Below, piece by piece: positions 15,201-31,374 of a stretch of DNA of 64,000 nt (position 1 is its first letter; each line of letters begins with the position of its first letter). Under the pieces are notes generated by a model. That model saw only the letters and a list, made by a program, of their open reading frames with translations. It ran no database searches and was not told the DNA's origin. The position numbers were made by a program, and so were the translations under genes. Origin of the DNA: the human T2T-CHM13v2.0 reference genome, Homo sapiens. Location of the stretch: NCBI RefSeq assembly GCF_009914755.1, contig NC_060940.1. One strand, written 5' to 3'.

Positions 15201-18200
15201 AATGATGATTCCATTCGATTCCATTCGAAGATTCCATTGGATTCCATTCGATGATGATTCCATTCAAATCCATTCGATAATTCAATTCAAGTCCATTCGA
15301 TGATGATTCCAATCGAATCCATTCAAAGATTCCATTCAGTTCCATTCGATGATTCCCTTAGATTCCATTCGATGATTCCACTTGATTGCATTTACGATGA
15401 TTCCATTCGATTCCATGTGATGATTCCATTCAATTCTATTCAATGATGTCTCCATTTGATTCCATTCGACCATGATTGCCTTTGATTCCATTCAATGATT
15501 CCATTCGGTTCCGTTTGATGATGATTCCGTTCGATTCCATTTGATGATTCCATTTGATTCCATTGGATGAGTCCATTCGATTACATTCGATGATTATTCC
15601 ATTCGAGTGCATTAGATGATTCCATTCGAGTCCATTCGATGATTCCATTCGATTCCATTCGATGTTGATTCTGTTCAAATCCATTCGATGATTCCACTCG
15701 ATTCCATTCGTTGACTCCATTTGATCCCATTCGATGATTTCCTTTGATTCCCTTTGATGATCATTCCATTTGATTCAATTCGGTGATTTCATTTGATTCC
15801 ATTCAGTGATGTTTCCTTTCGACTCCATTCGATGATGATTCCATTCGACTCCATTCGATTATGATTTCATTCAATTCCATTCGATAATGATTCCCTTCGA
15901 GTCCATTCGATGATTCCATTCGATTCCATTCAACGATGATTTGATTCGTGTCCATTCGATGATTCCATTTGATTCCACTTGATGATGATTCCATTCGAGT
16001 CCATTTGATGATTCCATTCAATTCCATACTCCGATGATTTCTTTTGAGCCCACTCAATGCTTCCACTCGATTCCATATGATGATGACTCCATTCGATGAA
16101 ATTCGATGATGATTCCATTCGCTTGCTTTCGATGATGATTCCACTTGAGTCCGTTAGAAGATTCTATTCAATTACATTCCATGACGATTCCGTTCGAGTC
16201 CATTTGATGATTCCATTAGACTCCATTCGACGATGATTCCATTCGATGTTATTCGATGATTCCATTTGATCTCATTCGATGATGATTCCATTCAACTCCA
16301 TTCGATGTTTCCATTCGAGTTCATTCTATTATTCCATTAGATTCCATTCGATGATGATTCCATTCGATTCCATTTGATGATTGCATTCTATTTCATTTGA
16401 TGATGATTCCATTCGAGTCCACTCGATGATTCCATTCGAGTCCATTTAATGAATCCATTGGTTTCAATTCTATGATGATTACATTGGATTCCATTTGTTG
16501 ATGATTTCATTCGGTTCCATTCAATGATGATTCCATTCAATTCCTTTCAATGTTTCCATTCAATTCCATACGATGATGATTCCATTTGATTTGATTCGAC
16601 AGTGAGCCATTCGATTCAATTCCATGATGATTCTATTTGATTCAATTGGTTGACATTTCCATTCGATTCCATTCGATGATGATTCCCTTTGATTCCGTTC
16701 AAAGATGATTCCATTCTAGCCCATTCAATCATTCCATTCGATTCTATTCAATGATGATTCCATTCATGTCGATTTGGTGATTCCATTTGACTTCATTTGA
16801 TGATGATTCCTTTCAAGTTCATTAGATGATTCCATTCGATTCTATTTGATGATGATCCCATTCGAGTCCATTCAGTGATTCCATTCGTTTCCATTCCATG
16901 ATGATTCAATTCCTTTCCATTCAATGATTCCATTCGATTCCGTTTGATGATGATTTCATTCGAGTCCATTTGATGATTCCATTTGATTCCATTCGATGAT
17001 GATTCCATTCGAGTCCATTCGATGATTCTATTCGAATCCATTTGATGATTTCTTTTGATTTTATTTGGTGATGATTCCATTGGAGTCCATTCAATGATTC
17101 CATTCTATTCCAATCGATGATGATTCCATTAGAGTCCATTTAATGATTCCATTTGATTCCAGTCTCTGATGATTACATTCGAGTCCATACGATGATTCCA
17201 CTCAATTCCATATGATGATGATTCCATTTGATTCCATTCGGTGATTCCATTCTATTCTATTCAATGGTGATTCCATTCGAGTACATTAGATGATTCCATT
17301 CGATTCCATTCAATGATGATTCTATTTGTGTCCCTTAGATGATTCCACATGATTCCATTAGATGATGATACTATTTGAGCCCATCCAATGATTCCCTTCG
17401 ATTCCATTCGATGAGGATTCCATTCGATTCAATTCATTGGTGATTCTATTCAATTCAATTCTTTGATTCCATTCCATTCCATTCGACAATGATTCCATTC
17501 GATTTCTTTCGATGATTCCACTCGATTCCACTTGACATTGATTCCATTCGATTCCATTCAATGATTCCATTTGATTCCAGTGGATGATGATTGCCATCGA
17601 TTCCATTCGATCACTCCATTCTATTCCATTTGATGATGATTACATTCGATTCCATTTGATGATTCCATCTGATTCTATTCGAGGATTCCATTTGATTCCA
17701 TTCGATGATGATTCCATTCGAGTCCATTCGATGATTTCATTCGAGTACATCCAATGATTCCATTCGAGTCCATTAGATGATTCCATTTGATTCCATTTGA
17801 AAATGATTCTACTAGAGTCCATTCAATGACTCCATTCGAGTCCATTCAACAATTCCATTCGACTCCATTCGATGATTCCATTCGATTCCATTTGATGGTT
17901 CCATTCGAGTCCATTTAATCATTACAGTCGAGTCCATTTGGTGATTCCACTGGATTTCTTTTGATAATGATACCATTCAATTATATTTGATGATGATCCA
18001 ATTCAACTTCATTTGATGATGATTCCATTAGAGTCCATTCGATGATTTCATTCGAGTCCCTTCATTGATTCCATCCGATTTCATTGGATGATGACTCCAT
18101 TCGAGTCCATTCGATGATTCCACTCGATTCCATTAGATGACTCCATTGGAGTCCATTTGATTGTTCCATTCGATTCCATTCGATTCCTTTCGAAGATTAT

Positions 18201-18336
18201 TCCATTTGAGTCCATTCGATGATGATTCCATTCCTTTCCGTTCGATGATTCCGTTTGATTCCATTCGATGATTCCCTTCGATTCCTTTCTTTGATGATTC
18301 CATTCCATTCCATTCAATGATTCCATTCGAATCTAT
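12225..18336 (+). repeat. Short higher-order unit S3 (6112 bp)
   Basis: Landmark at 12225 and 18337; ORFs at 12670/18782 are offset by 6112. Confidence 0.93.
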
Positions 18337-21300
18337 TCCATGATCATTCCTTTCGATTCCATTCGCTGATGTTTCCGTTCAATTCCATTCGATGATGATT
18401 CCATTCGATTCCATTCATTGAGGATTCCATTTGATTCCATTCAATGATGATTCCATTCTATTCCATTCAATGATTGCATTCAATTCCATTCAATGATTAT
18501 CCCATTAGAGTAAACTCAACGATTCCATTCAATACCATTCGATGATGATTCCTTTTGAGTCCATTCAATGATTTCATTCAAGTCCATTTGATGATTCCTT
18601 TCAATTCCATTCTATGATGATTCCATTCGAGTCCATTCGATGATTCCATTCGATTGCATTCGATGATTCCATTATATTCCATTCAACGGTGATTCCATTC
18701 GAGTCCATTCCATGATTCCATTAGAGTACATTTAATGATTGCTTTGTTTTCAATTCGAAGATGATTACATTCGATTCCATTCTATGATACCATTCGATTC
18801 CATTCAATGATGATTCCACTCAAATCCATTGGATGATTCCATTCGTGTCCATTCGGTGATTTCATTAGATTCCATTCGAGGATGATTCCATTCGATTCCA
18901 TTCGATGATTCCATTCAATTCCATTCGATGATGATTCCATTCCAGTCCATATGATCATTCCATTTGATTTCATTCGATGATGATTCCATTCGATTCCTTT
19001 CGACGATTCCATTCTATTCCATTCGATGATGATTCCATTCGAGTCCATTCGATGATTCCATTCGAGTCCATTTAATGATTCCATTGGGTTCAATTCAATG
19101 ATGATTACATTGGATTCCGTTCTATGATTCCATTCAATTCCGTTCATTGACAATTTGATTCCATTCGATGATGATTCCATTTGAGTTCATTCGATGATTC
19201 TATTCGATTCTCTTCGATGGTGATTCAATTCTATTATATTGGATGATTCCATTCGATTCCATTTGATGTTGATTCAATTCGATTCTATTCGATGATGATT
19301 CCATTGGATTTCACTTGATGATTCTATTCGATTCCATTCAATGATGATTCACTTCTCGTCCATTGGATGATTCCATTTCATTCCATTCGATGATGATTCC
19401 ATTCGATTCCATTCGATGATTCCATTTGATTCCATGCGACGGTGAGCAATTCGATTCAATTCCATGATGATTCTATTTGATTCAATTAGATGATGTTTCC
19501 ATTCGAATCCATTCCATGATTATTCCATTGGAATCCATTCGGCGATGATTCCATATGAGTCAATTCAATGATGATTCCATATGGGTCCGTTCGATGATAA
19601 TTCCATTTGATTTCATTCGATGCTTCTATTCTATTCCAGTCGATGATGATTCCGTTGGAGTCCATACGATGATTCCATTTGATTTCATTTGATGATGATT
19701 CCATTCGATGATGATTACATTGGATTCCATTCTATGATTCCATTCAATTCCATTCGTTGATGATTCGATTCCATTCAATGATGATTCCATTTGAGTTCAT
19801 TCGATGATTCTATTCGATTCCGTTCGATGGTGATTCAATTCTATTATATTGGATGATTCCACTCGATTCCATTTGATGATTATTCCATTGGAGTCCACTT
19901 AGTGAATCCTTTAGATTCTACTCGACGATGATTCCATTCGAGTCCATTCGATGATACCATTCAATTCCATTCGTTGATGCTTCCATTCAAGTGCATTCGA
20001 TGATATCATTCGATTCCATTTGATGATAATTCCATTTGATTCCATGCGATGATTCTATTCGATTCCATTCAATGATAATTCCATTCAATTCAGTGATTCC
20101 TCTGGACTCCATTTGATGATGATTCCATTCAATGATTCCATTCGATTCTATTCGAAAATGATTCCATTTGAATCCATTTGATGATGATTCCATTAGATTC
20201 CATTTGATGATTCCATTCGATTCCATTCGACGATGATTCCATTCGATTCCGTTTGATGATTCCATTCTATTCTATTCGATGATGATTCCATTCGATTCCA
20301 TTCGATGATGATTGGATTCGATTCCATTTGATGATTTCATTTGATTCCATTCGTTAATGATTTCGATCAATTCCATTCGATGATTCCATTCGATTCCATT
20401 CGATAATGATTACATCCGAGTCCATTCGATGATTCCCTTTGAGCCTGTTCGATAATTCCATTTGAGTCCAACCAATGATTCCATTCATTTCCATTCAATG
20501 ATTCCATTCGAGTCCATTTGATCATTCCGGTAGGGTCCATTCGATGTTGATTCCATTGGAGTGCATTCGATGATTCCATTCGAGTCCATTTTAGGATTTG
20601 ATTCGAGTCCTTTCGATGATTCCATTCGATTCCACTCGATGATGATTTCATTCGAGTCCATTCGACACTTCCAATCGATTCCATTTGATGATTCCATTCG
20701 AGTCCAATTGATGATTCCATTCAATTCCATTCGATGATGATTCCGTACGATTCCATTCTGTGATGATTCCATGTGATTGCATTCAATGATGATTCCTTTC
20801 GATTGCATTCGATTATGATTCATTTCGTGTTCATTCTATGGTTCCACAGGTTTCCATTCGTGTCCATTCCATTATTCCATTCTATTCCATTTCATGATGA
20901 TTCCATTCGATTCCATTCATTGGTGATTCCACTCAATTCCATTCAATGATTCCATTCCATTTCTTTCAACAATGATTCCATTAGTTTCTAATCGATGATC
21001 CACTTGATTCCATTTGACGACGATTCCATTCTTGTCCATTCGATGATTCCATTTGATTCCATATGATGATGATTCCATTCGATTCCATACCATGATGATT
21101 CCATTCGAGTCCATTCAATGGTGATTCCATTCAATTCCATTCGATGATTCCTTTTGATTCCATTCGATGATGATGGCATTCGATTCCTTTCAATCATTCC
21201 CTTTGATTCCATTCAAAGGTGATTTCATTCAAGTCCATTCGATAATTGCATTCGATTCCATTCTATGATGATTCCATTCGAGTCCATTTGATGATTCCAT

Positions 21301-24300
21301 TCAATTCAAGTCAATGATGATTCCATTCGATTCCATTCGAAGATTCCATTGGATTCCATTCGATGATGATTCCATTCAAATCCATTCGATAATTCAATTC
21401 AAGTCCATTCGATGATGATTCCAATCGAATCCATTCAAAGATTCCATTCAGTTCCATTCGATGATTCCCTTAGATTCCATTCGATGATTCCACTTGATTG
21501 CATTTACGATGATTCCATTCGATTCCATGTGATGATTCCATTCAATTCTATTCAATGATGTCTCCATTTGATTCCATTCGACCATGATTGCCTTTGATTC
21601 CATTCAATGATTCCATTCGGTTCCGTTTGATGATGATTCCGTTCGATTCCATTTGATGATTCCATTTGATTCCATTGGATGAGTCCATTCGATTACATTC
21701 GATGATTATTCCATTCGAGTGCATTAGATGATTCCATTCGAGTCCATTCGATGATTCCATTCGATTCCATTCGATGTTGATTCTGTTCAAATCCATTCGA
21801 TGATTCCACTCGATTCCATTCGTTGACTCCATTTGATCCCATTCGATGATTTCCTTTGATTCCCTTTGATGATCATTCCATTTGATTCAATTCGGTGATT
21901 TCATTTGATTCCATTCAGTGATGTTTCCATTCGACTCCATTCGATGATGATTCCATTCGACTCCATTCGATTATGATTTCATTCAATTCCATTCGATAAT
22001 GATTCCCTTCGAGTCCATTCGATGATTCCATTCGATTCCATTCAACGATGATTTGATTCGTGTCCATTCGATGATTCCATTTGATTCCACTTGATGATGA
22101 TTCCATTCGAGTCCATTTGATGATTCCATTCAATTCCATACTCCGATGATTTCTTTTGAGCCCACTCAATGCTTCCACTCGATTCCATATGATGATGACT
22201 CCATTCGATGAAATTCGATGATGATTCCATTCGCTTGCTTTCGATGATGATTCCACTTGAGTCCGTTAGAAGATTCTATTCAATTACATTCCATGACGAT
22301 TCCGTTCGAGTCCATTTGATGATTCCATTAGACTCCATTCGACGATGATTCCATTCGATGTTATTCGATGATTCCATTCGATCTCATTCGATGATGATTC
22401 CATTCAACTCCATTCGATGTTTCCATTCGAGTTCATTCTATTATTCCATTAGATTCCATTCGATGATGATTCCATTCGATTCCATTTGATGATTGCATTC
22501 TATTTCATTTGATGATGATTCCATTCGAGTCCACTCGATGATTCCATTCGAGTCCATTTAATGAATCCATTGGTTTCAATTCTATGATGATTACATTGGA
22601 TTCCATTCGTTGATGATTTCATTCGGTTCCATTCAATGATGATTCCATTCAATTCCTTTCAATGTTTCCATTCAATTCCATACGATGATGATTCCATTTG
22701 ATTTGATTCGACAGTGAGCCATTCGATTCAATTCCATGATGATTCTATTTGATTCAATTGGTTGACATTTCCATTCGATTCCATTCGATGATGATTCCCT
22801 TTGATTCCGTTCAATGATGATTCCATTCTAGCCCATTCAATCATTCCATTCGATTCTATTCAATGATGATTCCATTCATGTCGATTTGGTGATTCCATTT
22901 GACTTCATTTGATGATGATTCCTTTCAAGTTCATTAGATGATTCCATTCGATTCCATTTGATGATGATCCCATTCGAGTCCATTCAGTGATTCCATTCGT
23001 TTCCATTCCATGATGATTCCATTCCTTTCCATTCAATGATTCCATTCGATTCCGTTTGATGATGATTTCATTCGAGTCCATTTGATGATTCCATTTGATT
23101 CCATTCGATGATGATTCCATTCGAGTCCATTCGATGATTCTATTCGAATCCATTTGATGATTTCTTTTGATTATATTTGGTGATGATTCCATTGGAGTCC
23201 ATTCAATGATTCCATTCTATTCCAATCGATGATGATTCCATTAGAGTCCATTTAATGATTCCATTTGATTCCAGTCTCTGATGATTACATTCGAGTCCAT
23301 ACGATGATTCCACTCAATTCCATATGATGATGATTCCATTTGATTCCATTCGGTGATTCCATTCTATTCTATTCAATGGTGATTCCATTCGAGTACATTA
23401 GATGATTCCATTCGATTCCATTCAATGATGATTCTATTTGTGTCCCTTAGATGATTCCACATGATTCCATTAGATGATGATACTATTTGAGCCCATCCAA
23501 TGATTCCCTTCGATTCCATTCGATGAGGATTCCATTCGATTCAATTCATTGGTGATTCTATTCAATTCAATTCTTTGATTCCATTCCATTCCATTCGACA
23601 ATGATTCCATTCGATTTCTTTCGATGATTCCACTCGATTCCACTTGACATTGATTCCATTCGATTCCATTCAATGATTCCATTTGATTCCAGTGGATGAT
23701 GATTGCCATTGATTCCATTCGATCACTCCATTCTATTCCATTTGATGATGATTACATTCGATTCCATTTGATGATTCCATCTGATTCTATTCGAGGATTC
23801 CATTTGATTCCATTCGATGATGATTCCATTCGAGTCCATTCGATGATTTCATTCGAGTACATCCAATGATTCCATTCGAGTCCATTAGATGATTCCATTT
23901 GATTCCATTTGAAAATGATTCTACTAGAGTCCATTCAATGACTCCATTCGAGTCCATTCAACAATTCCATTCGACTCCATTCGATGATTCCATTCGATTC
24001 CATTTGATGGTTCCATTCGAGTCCATTTAATCATTACAGTCGAGTCCATTTGGTGATTCCACTGGATTTCTTTTGATAATGATACCATTCAATTACATTT
24101 GATGATGATCCCATTCAACTTCATTTGATGATGATTCCATTAGAGTCCATTCGATGATTTCATTCGAGTCCCTTCATTGATTCCATCCGATTTCATTGGA
24201 TGATGACTCCATTCGAGTCCATTCGATGATTCCACTCGATTCCATTAGATGACTCCATTGGAGTCCATTTGATTGTTCCATTCGATTCCATTCGATTCCT

Positions 24301-24847
24301 TTCGAAGATTATTCCATTTGAGTCCATTCGATGATGATTCCATTCCATTCCATTCGATGATTCCGTTTGATTCCATTCGATGATTCCCTTCGATTCCTTT
24401 CTTTGATGATTCCATTCGAGTCCATTTAATCATTACAGTCGAGTCCATTTGGTGATTCCACCGGATTTCTTTTGATAATGATACCATTCAATTACATTTG
24501 ATGATGATCCCATTCAATTTCATTTGATGATGATTCCATTAGAGTCCATTCGATGATTTCATTCGAGTCCCTTCATTGATTCCATCCGATTTCATTGGAT
24601 GATGACTCCATTCGAGTCCATTCGATGATTCCACTCGATTCCATTAGATGATTCCATTGGAGTCCATTTGATTGTTCCATTCGATTCCATTCGATTCCTT
24701 TCGAAGATTATTCCATTTGAGTCCATTCGATGATGATTCCATTCCATTCCATTCGATGATTCCGTTTGATTCCATTCGATGATTCCCTTCGATTCCTTTC
24801 TTTGATGATTCCATTTCATTCCATTCAATGATTCCATTCGAATCTAT
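18337..24847 (+). repeat. Short unit variant S4 (6511 bp = 6112 + 399-bp tandem duplication)
   Basis: Landmark at 18337 and 24848; ORFs at 18782/25293 are offset by 6511; internal duplication at 24011-24808. Confidence 0.92.
24011..24808 (+). repeat. 399-bp x2 internal tandem duplication (S4)
   Basis: TTCCATTCGAGTCCATTTAATCATTACAGTCGAG starts at 24011 and again at 24410. Confidence 0.92.
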
Positions 24848-27800
24848 TCCATGATGATTCCTTTCGATTCCATTCGCTGATGTTTCCGTTCAATTCCATT
24901 CGATGATGATTCCATTCGATTCCATTCATTGAGGATTCCATTTGATTCCATTCAATGATGATTCCGTTCTATTCCATTCAATGATTGCATTCAATTCCAT
25001 TCAATGATTATCCCCTTAGAGTAAACTCAACGATTCCATTCAATACCATTCGATGATGATTCCTTTTGAGTCCATTCAATGATTTCATTCAAGTCCATTT
25101 GATGATTCCTTTCAATTCCATTCTATGATGATTCCATTCGAGTCCATTCGATGATTCCATTCGATTGCATTCGATGATTCCATTATATTCCAGTCAACGA
25201 TGATTCCATTCGAGTCCATTCGATGATTCCATTAGAGTACATTTAATGATTGCTTTGTTTTCAATTCGAAGATGATTACATTGGATTCCATTCTATGATA
25301 CCATTCGATTCCATTCAATGATGATTCCACTCAAATCCATTGGATGATTCCATTCGTGTCCATTCGGTGATTTCATTAGATTCCATTCGAGGATGATTCC
25401 ATTCGATTCCATTCGATGATTCCATTCAATTCCATTCGAGGATGATTCCATTCCAGTCCATATGATCATTCCATTTGATTTCATTCGATGATGATTCCAT
25501 TCGATTCCATTCGATGATTCCATTCTATTCCATTCGATGATGATTCCATTCGAGTCCATTCGATGATTCCATTCGAGTCCATTTAATGATTCCATTGGGT
25601 TCAATTCAATGATGATTACATTGGATTCCGTTCTATGATTCCATTCAATTCCGTTCATTGACAATTTGATTCCATTCGATGATGATTCCATTTGAGTTCA
25701 TTCGATGATTCTATTCGATTCTCTTCGATGGTGATTCAATTCTATTATATTGGATGATTCCATTCGATTCCATTTGATGTTGATTCAATTCGATTCTATT
25801 CGATGATGATTCCATTGGATTTCACTTGATGATTCTATTCGATTCCATTCAATGATGATTCACTTCTCGTCCATTGGATGATTCCATTTCATTCCATTCG
25901 ATGATGATTCCATTCGATTCCATTCGATGATTCCATTTGATTCCATGCGACGGTGAGCAATTCGATTCAATTCCATGATGATTCTATTTGATTCAATTAG
26001 ATGATGTTTCCATTCGAATCCATTCCATGATTATTCCATTGGAATCCATTTGGCGATGATTCCATATGAGTCAATTCAATGATGATTCCATATGGGTCCG
26101 TTCGATGATAATTCCATTTGATTTCATTTGATGCTTCTATTCTATTCCAGTCGATGATGATTCCGTTGGAGTCCATACGATGATTCCATTTGATTTCATT
26201 TGATGATGATTCCATTCGATGATGATTACATTGGATTCCATTCTATGATTCCATTCAATTCCATTCGTTGATGATTCGATTCCATTCAATGATGATTCCA
26301 TTTGAGTTCATTCGATGATTCTATTCGATTCCGTTCGATGGTGATTCAATTCTCTTATATTGGATGAATCCACTCGATTCCATTTGATGATTATTCCATT
26401 GGAGTCCACTTAGTGAATCCTTTAGATTCTACTCGAAGATGATTCCATTCGAGTCCATTCAATGATACCATTCAATTTCATTCATTGATGCTTCCATTCA
26501 AGTGCATTCGATGATATCATTCGATTCCATTTGATGATAATTCCATTTGATTCCATGCGATGATTCTATTCGATTCCATTCAATGATAATTCCATTCAAT
26601 TCAGTGATTCCTCTGGACTCCATTTGATGATGATTCCATTCAATGATTCCATTCGATTCTATTCCAAAATGATTCCATTTGAATCCATTTGATGATGATT
26701 CCATTAGATTCCATTTGATGATTCCATTCAATTCCATTTGACGATGATTCCATTCGATTCCATTTGATGATTCCATTCTATTCTATTCGATGATGATTCC
26801 ATTCGATTCTATTCGACGATGATTGGATTCGATTCCATTTGATGATTTCATTTGATTCCATTCGTTAATGATTTCGATCAACTCCATTCGATGATTCCAT
26901 TTGATTCCATTCGATAATGATTACATCCGAGTCCATTCGATGATTCCATTTGAGCCCGTTCGATAATTCCATTTGAGTCCAATCAATGATTCCATTCATT
27001 TCCATTCAATGATTCCATTCGAGTCCATTTGATCATTCTGGTAGGGTCCGTTCGATGTTGATTCCATTGGAGTGCATTCGATGATTCCATTCGAGTCCAT
27101 TTTATGATTTGATTCGAGTCCTTTCGATGATTCCATTCGATTCCACTCGATGATGATTTCATTCGAGTCCATTCGACACTTCCAATCGATTCCATTTGAT
27201 GTTTCCATTCGAGTCCAATTGATGATTCCATTCAATTCCATTCGATGATGATTCCGTACGATTCCATTCTGTGATGATTCCATGTGATTGCATTCAATGA
27301 TGATTCCTTTCGACTGCATTCGATTATGATTCATTTCGTGTTCATTCTATGGTTCCACAGGTTTCCATTCGATGACGTTTCCGTTCGTGTCCATTCCATT
27401 ATTCCATTCTATTTCATTTGATGATGATTCCATTCGATTCCATTCATTGGTGATTCCACTCAATTCCATTCAATGATTCCATTCCATTTCTTTCAACAAT
27501 GATTCCATTAGTTTCTATTCGATGATCCACTTGATTCCATTTGGCGATGATTCCATTCGTGTCCATTCGATGATTCCATTTGATTCCATATGATGATGAT
27601 TCCATTCGATTCCATACCATGATGATTCCATTCGAGTCCATTCAATGGTGATTCCATTCAATTCCATTCGATGATTCCTTTCGATTCCATTCGATGATGA
27701 TGGCATTCGATTCCTTTCAATCATTCCCTTTGATTCCATTCAAAGGTGATTTCATTCAAGTCCATTCGATAATTGCATTCGATTCCATTCTATGATGATT

Positions 27801-30800
27801 CCATTCGAGTCCATTTGATGATTCCATTCAATTCAAGTCAATGATGATTCCATTCGATTCCATTCGAAGATTCCATCGGATTCCATTCGATGATGATTCC
27901 ATTCAAATCCATTCGATAATTCAATTCAAGTCCATTCGATGATGATTCCAATCGAATCCATTCAAAGATTCCATTCAGTTCCATTCGATGATTCCCTTAG
28001 ATTCCATTCGATGATTCCACTTGATTGCATTTACGATGATTCCATTCGATTCCATGTGATGATTCCATTCAATTCTATTCAATGATGTCTCCATTTGATT
28101 CCATTCGACCATGATTGCCTTTGATTCCATTCAATGATTCCATTCGGTTCCGTTTGATGATGATTCCGTTCGATTCCATTTGATGATTCCATTTGATTCC
28201 ATTGGATGAGTCCATTCGATTACATTCGATGATTATTCCATTCGAGTGCATTAGATGATTCCATTCGAGTCCATTCGATGATTCCATTCGATTCCATTCG
28301 ATGTTGATTCTGTTCAAATCCATTCGATGATTCCACTCGATTCCATTCGTTGACTCCATTTGATCCCATTCGATGATTTCCTTTGATTCCCTTTGATGAT
28401 CATTCCATTTGATTCAATTCGGTGATTTCATTTGATTCCATTCAGTGATGTTTCCATTCGACTCCATTCGATGATGATTCCATTCGACTCCATTCGATTA
28501 TGATTTCATTCAATTCCATTCGATAATGATTCCCTTCGAGTCCATTCGATGATTCCATTCGATTCCATTCAACGATGATTTGATTCGTGTCCATTCGATG
28601 ATTCCATTTGATTCCACTTGATGATGATTCCATTCGAGTCCATTTGATGATTCCATTCAATTCCATACTCCGATGATTTCTTTTGAGCCCACTCAATGCT
28701 TCCACTCGATTCCATATGATGATGACTCCATTCGATGAAATTCGATGATGATTCCATTCGCTTGCTTTCGATGATGATTCCACTTGAGTCCGTTAGAAGA
28801 TTCTATTCAATTACATTCCATGACGATTCCGTTCGAGTCCATTTGATGATTCCATTAGACTCCATTCGACGATGATTCCATTCGATGTTATTCGATGATT
28901 CCATTCGATCTCATTCGATGATGATTCCATTCAACTCCATTCGATGTTTCCATTCGAGTTCATTCTATTATTCCATTAGATTCCATTCGATGATGATTCC
29001 ATTCGATTCCATTTGATGATTGCATTCTATTTCATTTGATGATGATTCCATTCGAGTCCACTCGATGATTCCATTCGAGTCCATTTAATGAATCCATTGG
29101 TTTCAATTCTATGATGATTACATTGGATTCCATTCGTTGATGATTTCATTCGGTTCCATTCAATGATGATTCCATTCAATTCCTTTCAATGTTTCCATTC
29201 AATTCCATACGATGATGATTCCATTTGATTTGATTCGACAGTGAGCCATTCGATTCAATTCCATGATGATTCTATTTGATTCAATTGGTTGACATTTCCA
29301 TTCGATTCCATTCGATGATGATTCCCTTTGATTCCGTTCAATGATGATTCCATTCTAGCCCATTCAATCATTCCATTCGATTCTATTCAATGATGATTCC
29401 ATTCATGTCGATTTGGTGATTCCATTTGACTTCATTTGATGATGATTCCTTTCAAGTTCATTAGATGATTCCATTCGATTCCATTTGATGATGATCCCAT
29501 TCGAGTCCATTCAGTGATTCCATTCGTTTCCATTCCATGATGATTCCATTCCTTTCCATTCAATGATTCCATTCGATTCCGTTTGATGATGATTTCATTC
29601 GAGTCCATTTGATGATTCCATTTGATTCCATTCGATGATGATTCCATTCGAGTCCATTCGATGATTCTATTCGAATCCATTTGATGATTTCTTTTGATTA
29701 TATTTGGTGATGATTCCATTGGAGTCCATTCAATGATTCCATTCTATTCCAATCGATGATGATTCCATTAGAGTCCATTTAATGATTCCATTTGATTCCA
29801 GTCTCTGATGATTACATTCGAGTCCATACGATGATTCCACTCAATTCCATATGATGATGATTCCATTTGATTCCATTCGGTGATTCCATTCTATTCTATT
29901 CAATGGTGATTCCATTCGAGTACATTAGATGATTCCATTCGATTCCATTCAATGATGATTCTATTTGTGTCCCTTAGATGATTCCACATGATTCCATTAG
30001 ATGATGATACTATTTGAGCCCATCCAATGATTCCCTTCGATTCCATTCGATGAGGATTCCATTCGATTCAATTCATTGGTGATTCTATTCAATTCAATTC
30101 TTTGATTCCATTCCATTCCATTCGACAATGATTCCATTCGATTTCTTTCGATGATTCCACTCGATTCCACTTGACATTGATTCCATTCGATTCCATTCAA
30201 TGATTCCATTTGATTCCAGTGGATGATGATTGCCATCGATTCCATTCGATCACTCCATTCTATTCCATTTGATGATGATTACATTCGATTCCATTTGATG
30301 ATTCCATCTGATTCTATTCGAGGATTCCATTTGATTCCATTCGATGATGATTCCATTCGAGTCCATTCGATGATTTCATTCGAGTACATCCAATGATTCC
30401 ATTCGAGTCCATTAGATGATTCCATTTGATTCCATTTGAAAATGATTCTACTAGAGTCCATTCAATGACTCCATTCGAGTCCATTCAACAATTCCATTCG
30501 ACTCCATTCGATGATTCCATTCGATTCCATTTGATGGTTCCATTCGAGTCCATTTAATCATTACAGTCGAGTCCATTTGGTGATTCCACTGGATTTCTTT
30601 TGATAATGATACCATTCAATTACATTTGATGATGATCCCATTCAACTTCATTTGATGATGATTCCATTAGAGTCCATTCGATGATTTCATTCGAGTCCCT
30701 TCATTGATTCCATCCGATTTCATTGGATGATGACTCCATTCGAGTCCATTCGATGATTCCACTCGATTCCATTAGATGACTCCATTGGAGTCCATTTGAT

Positions 30801-31374
30801 TGTTCCATTCGATTCCATTCGATTCCTTTCGAAGATTATTCCATTTGAGTCCATTCGATGATGATTCCATTCCATTCCATTCGATGATTCCGTTTGATTC
30901 CATTCGATGATTCCCTTCGATTCCTTTCTTTGATGATTCCATTCGAGTCCATTTAATCATTACAGTCGAGTCCATTTGGTGATTCCACCGGATTTCTTTT
31001 GATAATGATACCATTCAATTACATTTGATGATGATCCCATTCAATTTCATTTGATGATGATTCCATTAGAGTCCATTCGATGATTTCATTCGAGTCCCTT
31101 CATTGATTCCATCCGATTTCATTGGATGATGACTCCATTCGAGTCCATTCGATGATTCCACTCGATTCCATTAGATGATTCCATTGGAGTCCATTTGATT
31201 GTTCCATTCGATTCCATTCGATTCCTTTCGAAGATTATTCCATTTGAGTCCATTCGATGATGATTCCATTCCATTCCATTCGATGATTCCGTTTGATTCC
31301 ATTCGATGATTCCCTTCGATTCCTTTCTTTGATGATTCCATTCCATTCCATTCAATGATTCCATTCGAATCTAT
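24848..31374 (+). repeat. Short unit variant S5 (6527 bp = 6112 + 16 + 399)
   Basis: Landmark at 24848 and 31375; ORFs at 25293/31820 are offset by 6527; extra 16 bp at 27371-27386 and 399-bp duplication at 30538-31335. Confidence 0.92.
30538..31335 (+). repeat. 399-bp x2 internal tandem duplication (S5)
   Basis: Same landmark at 30538 and 30937. Confidence 0.92.
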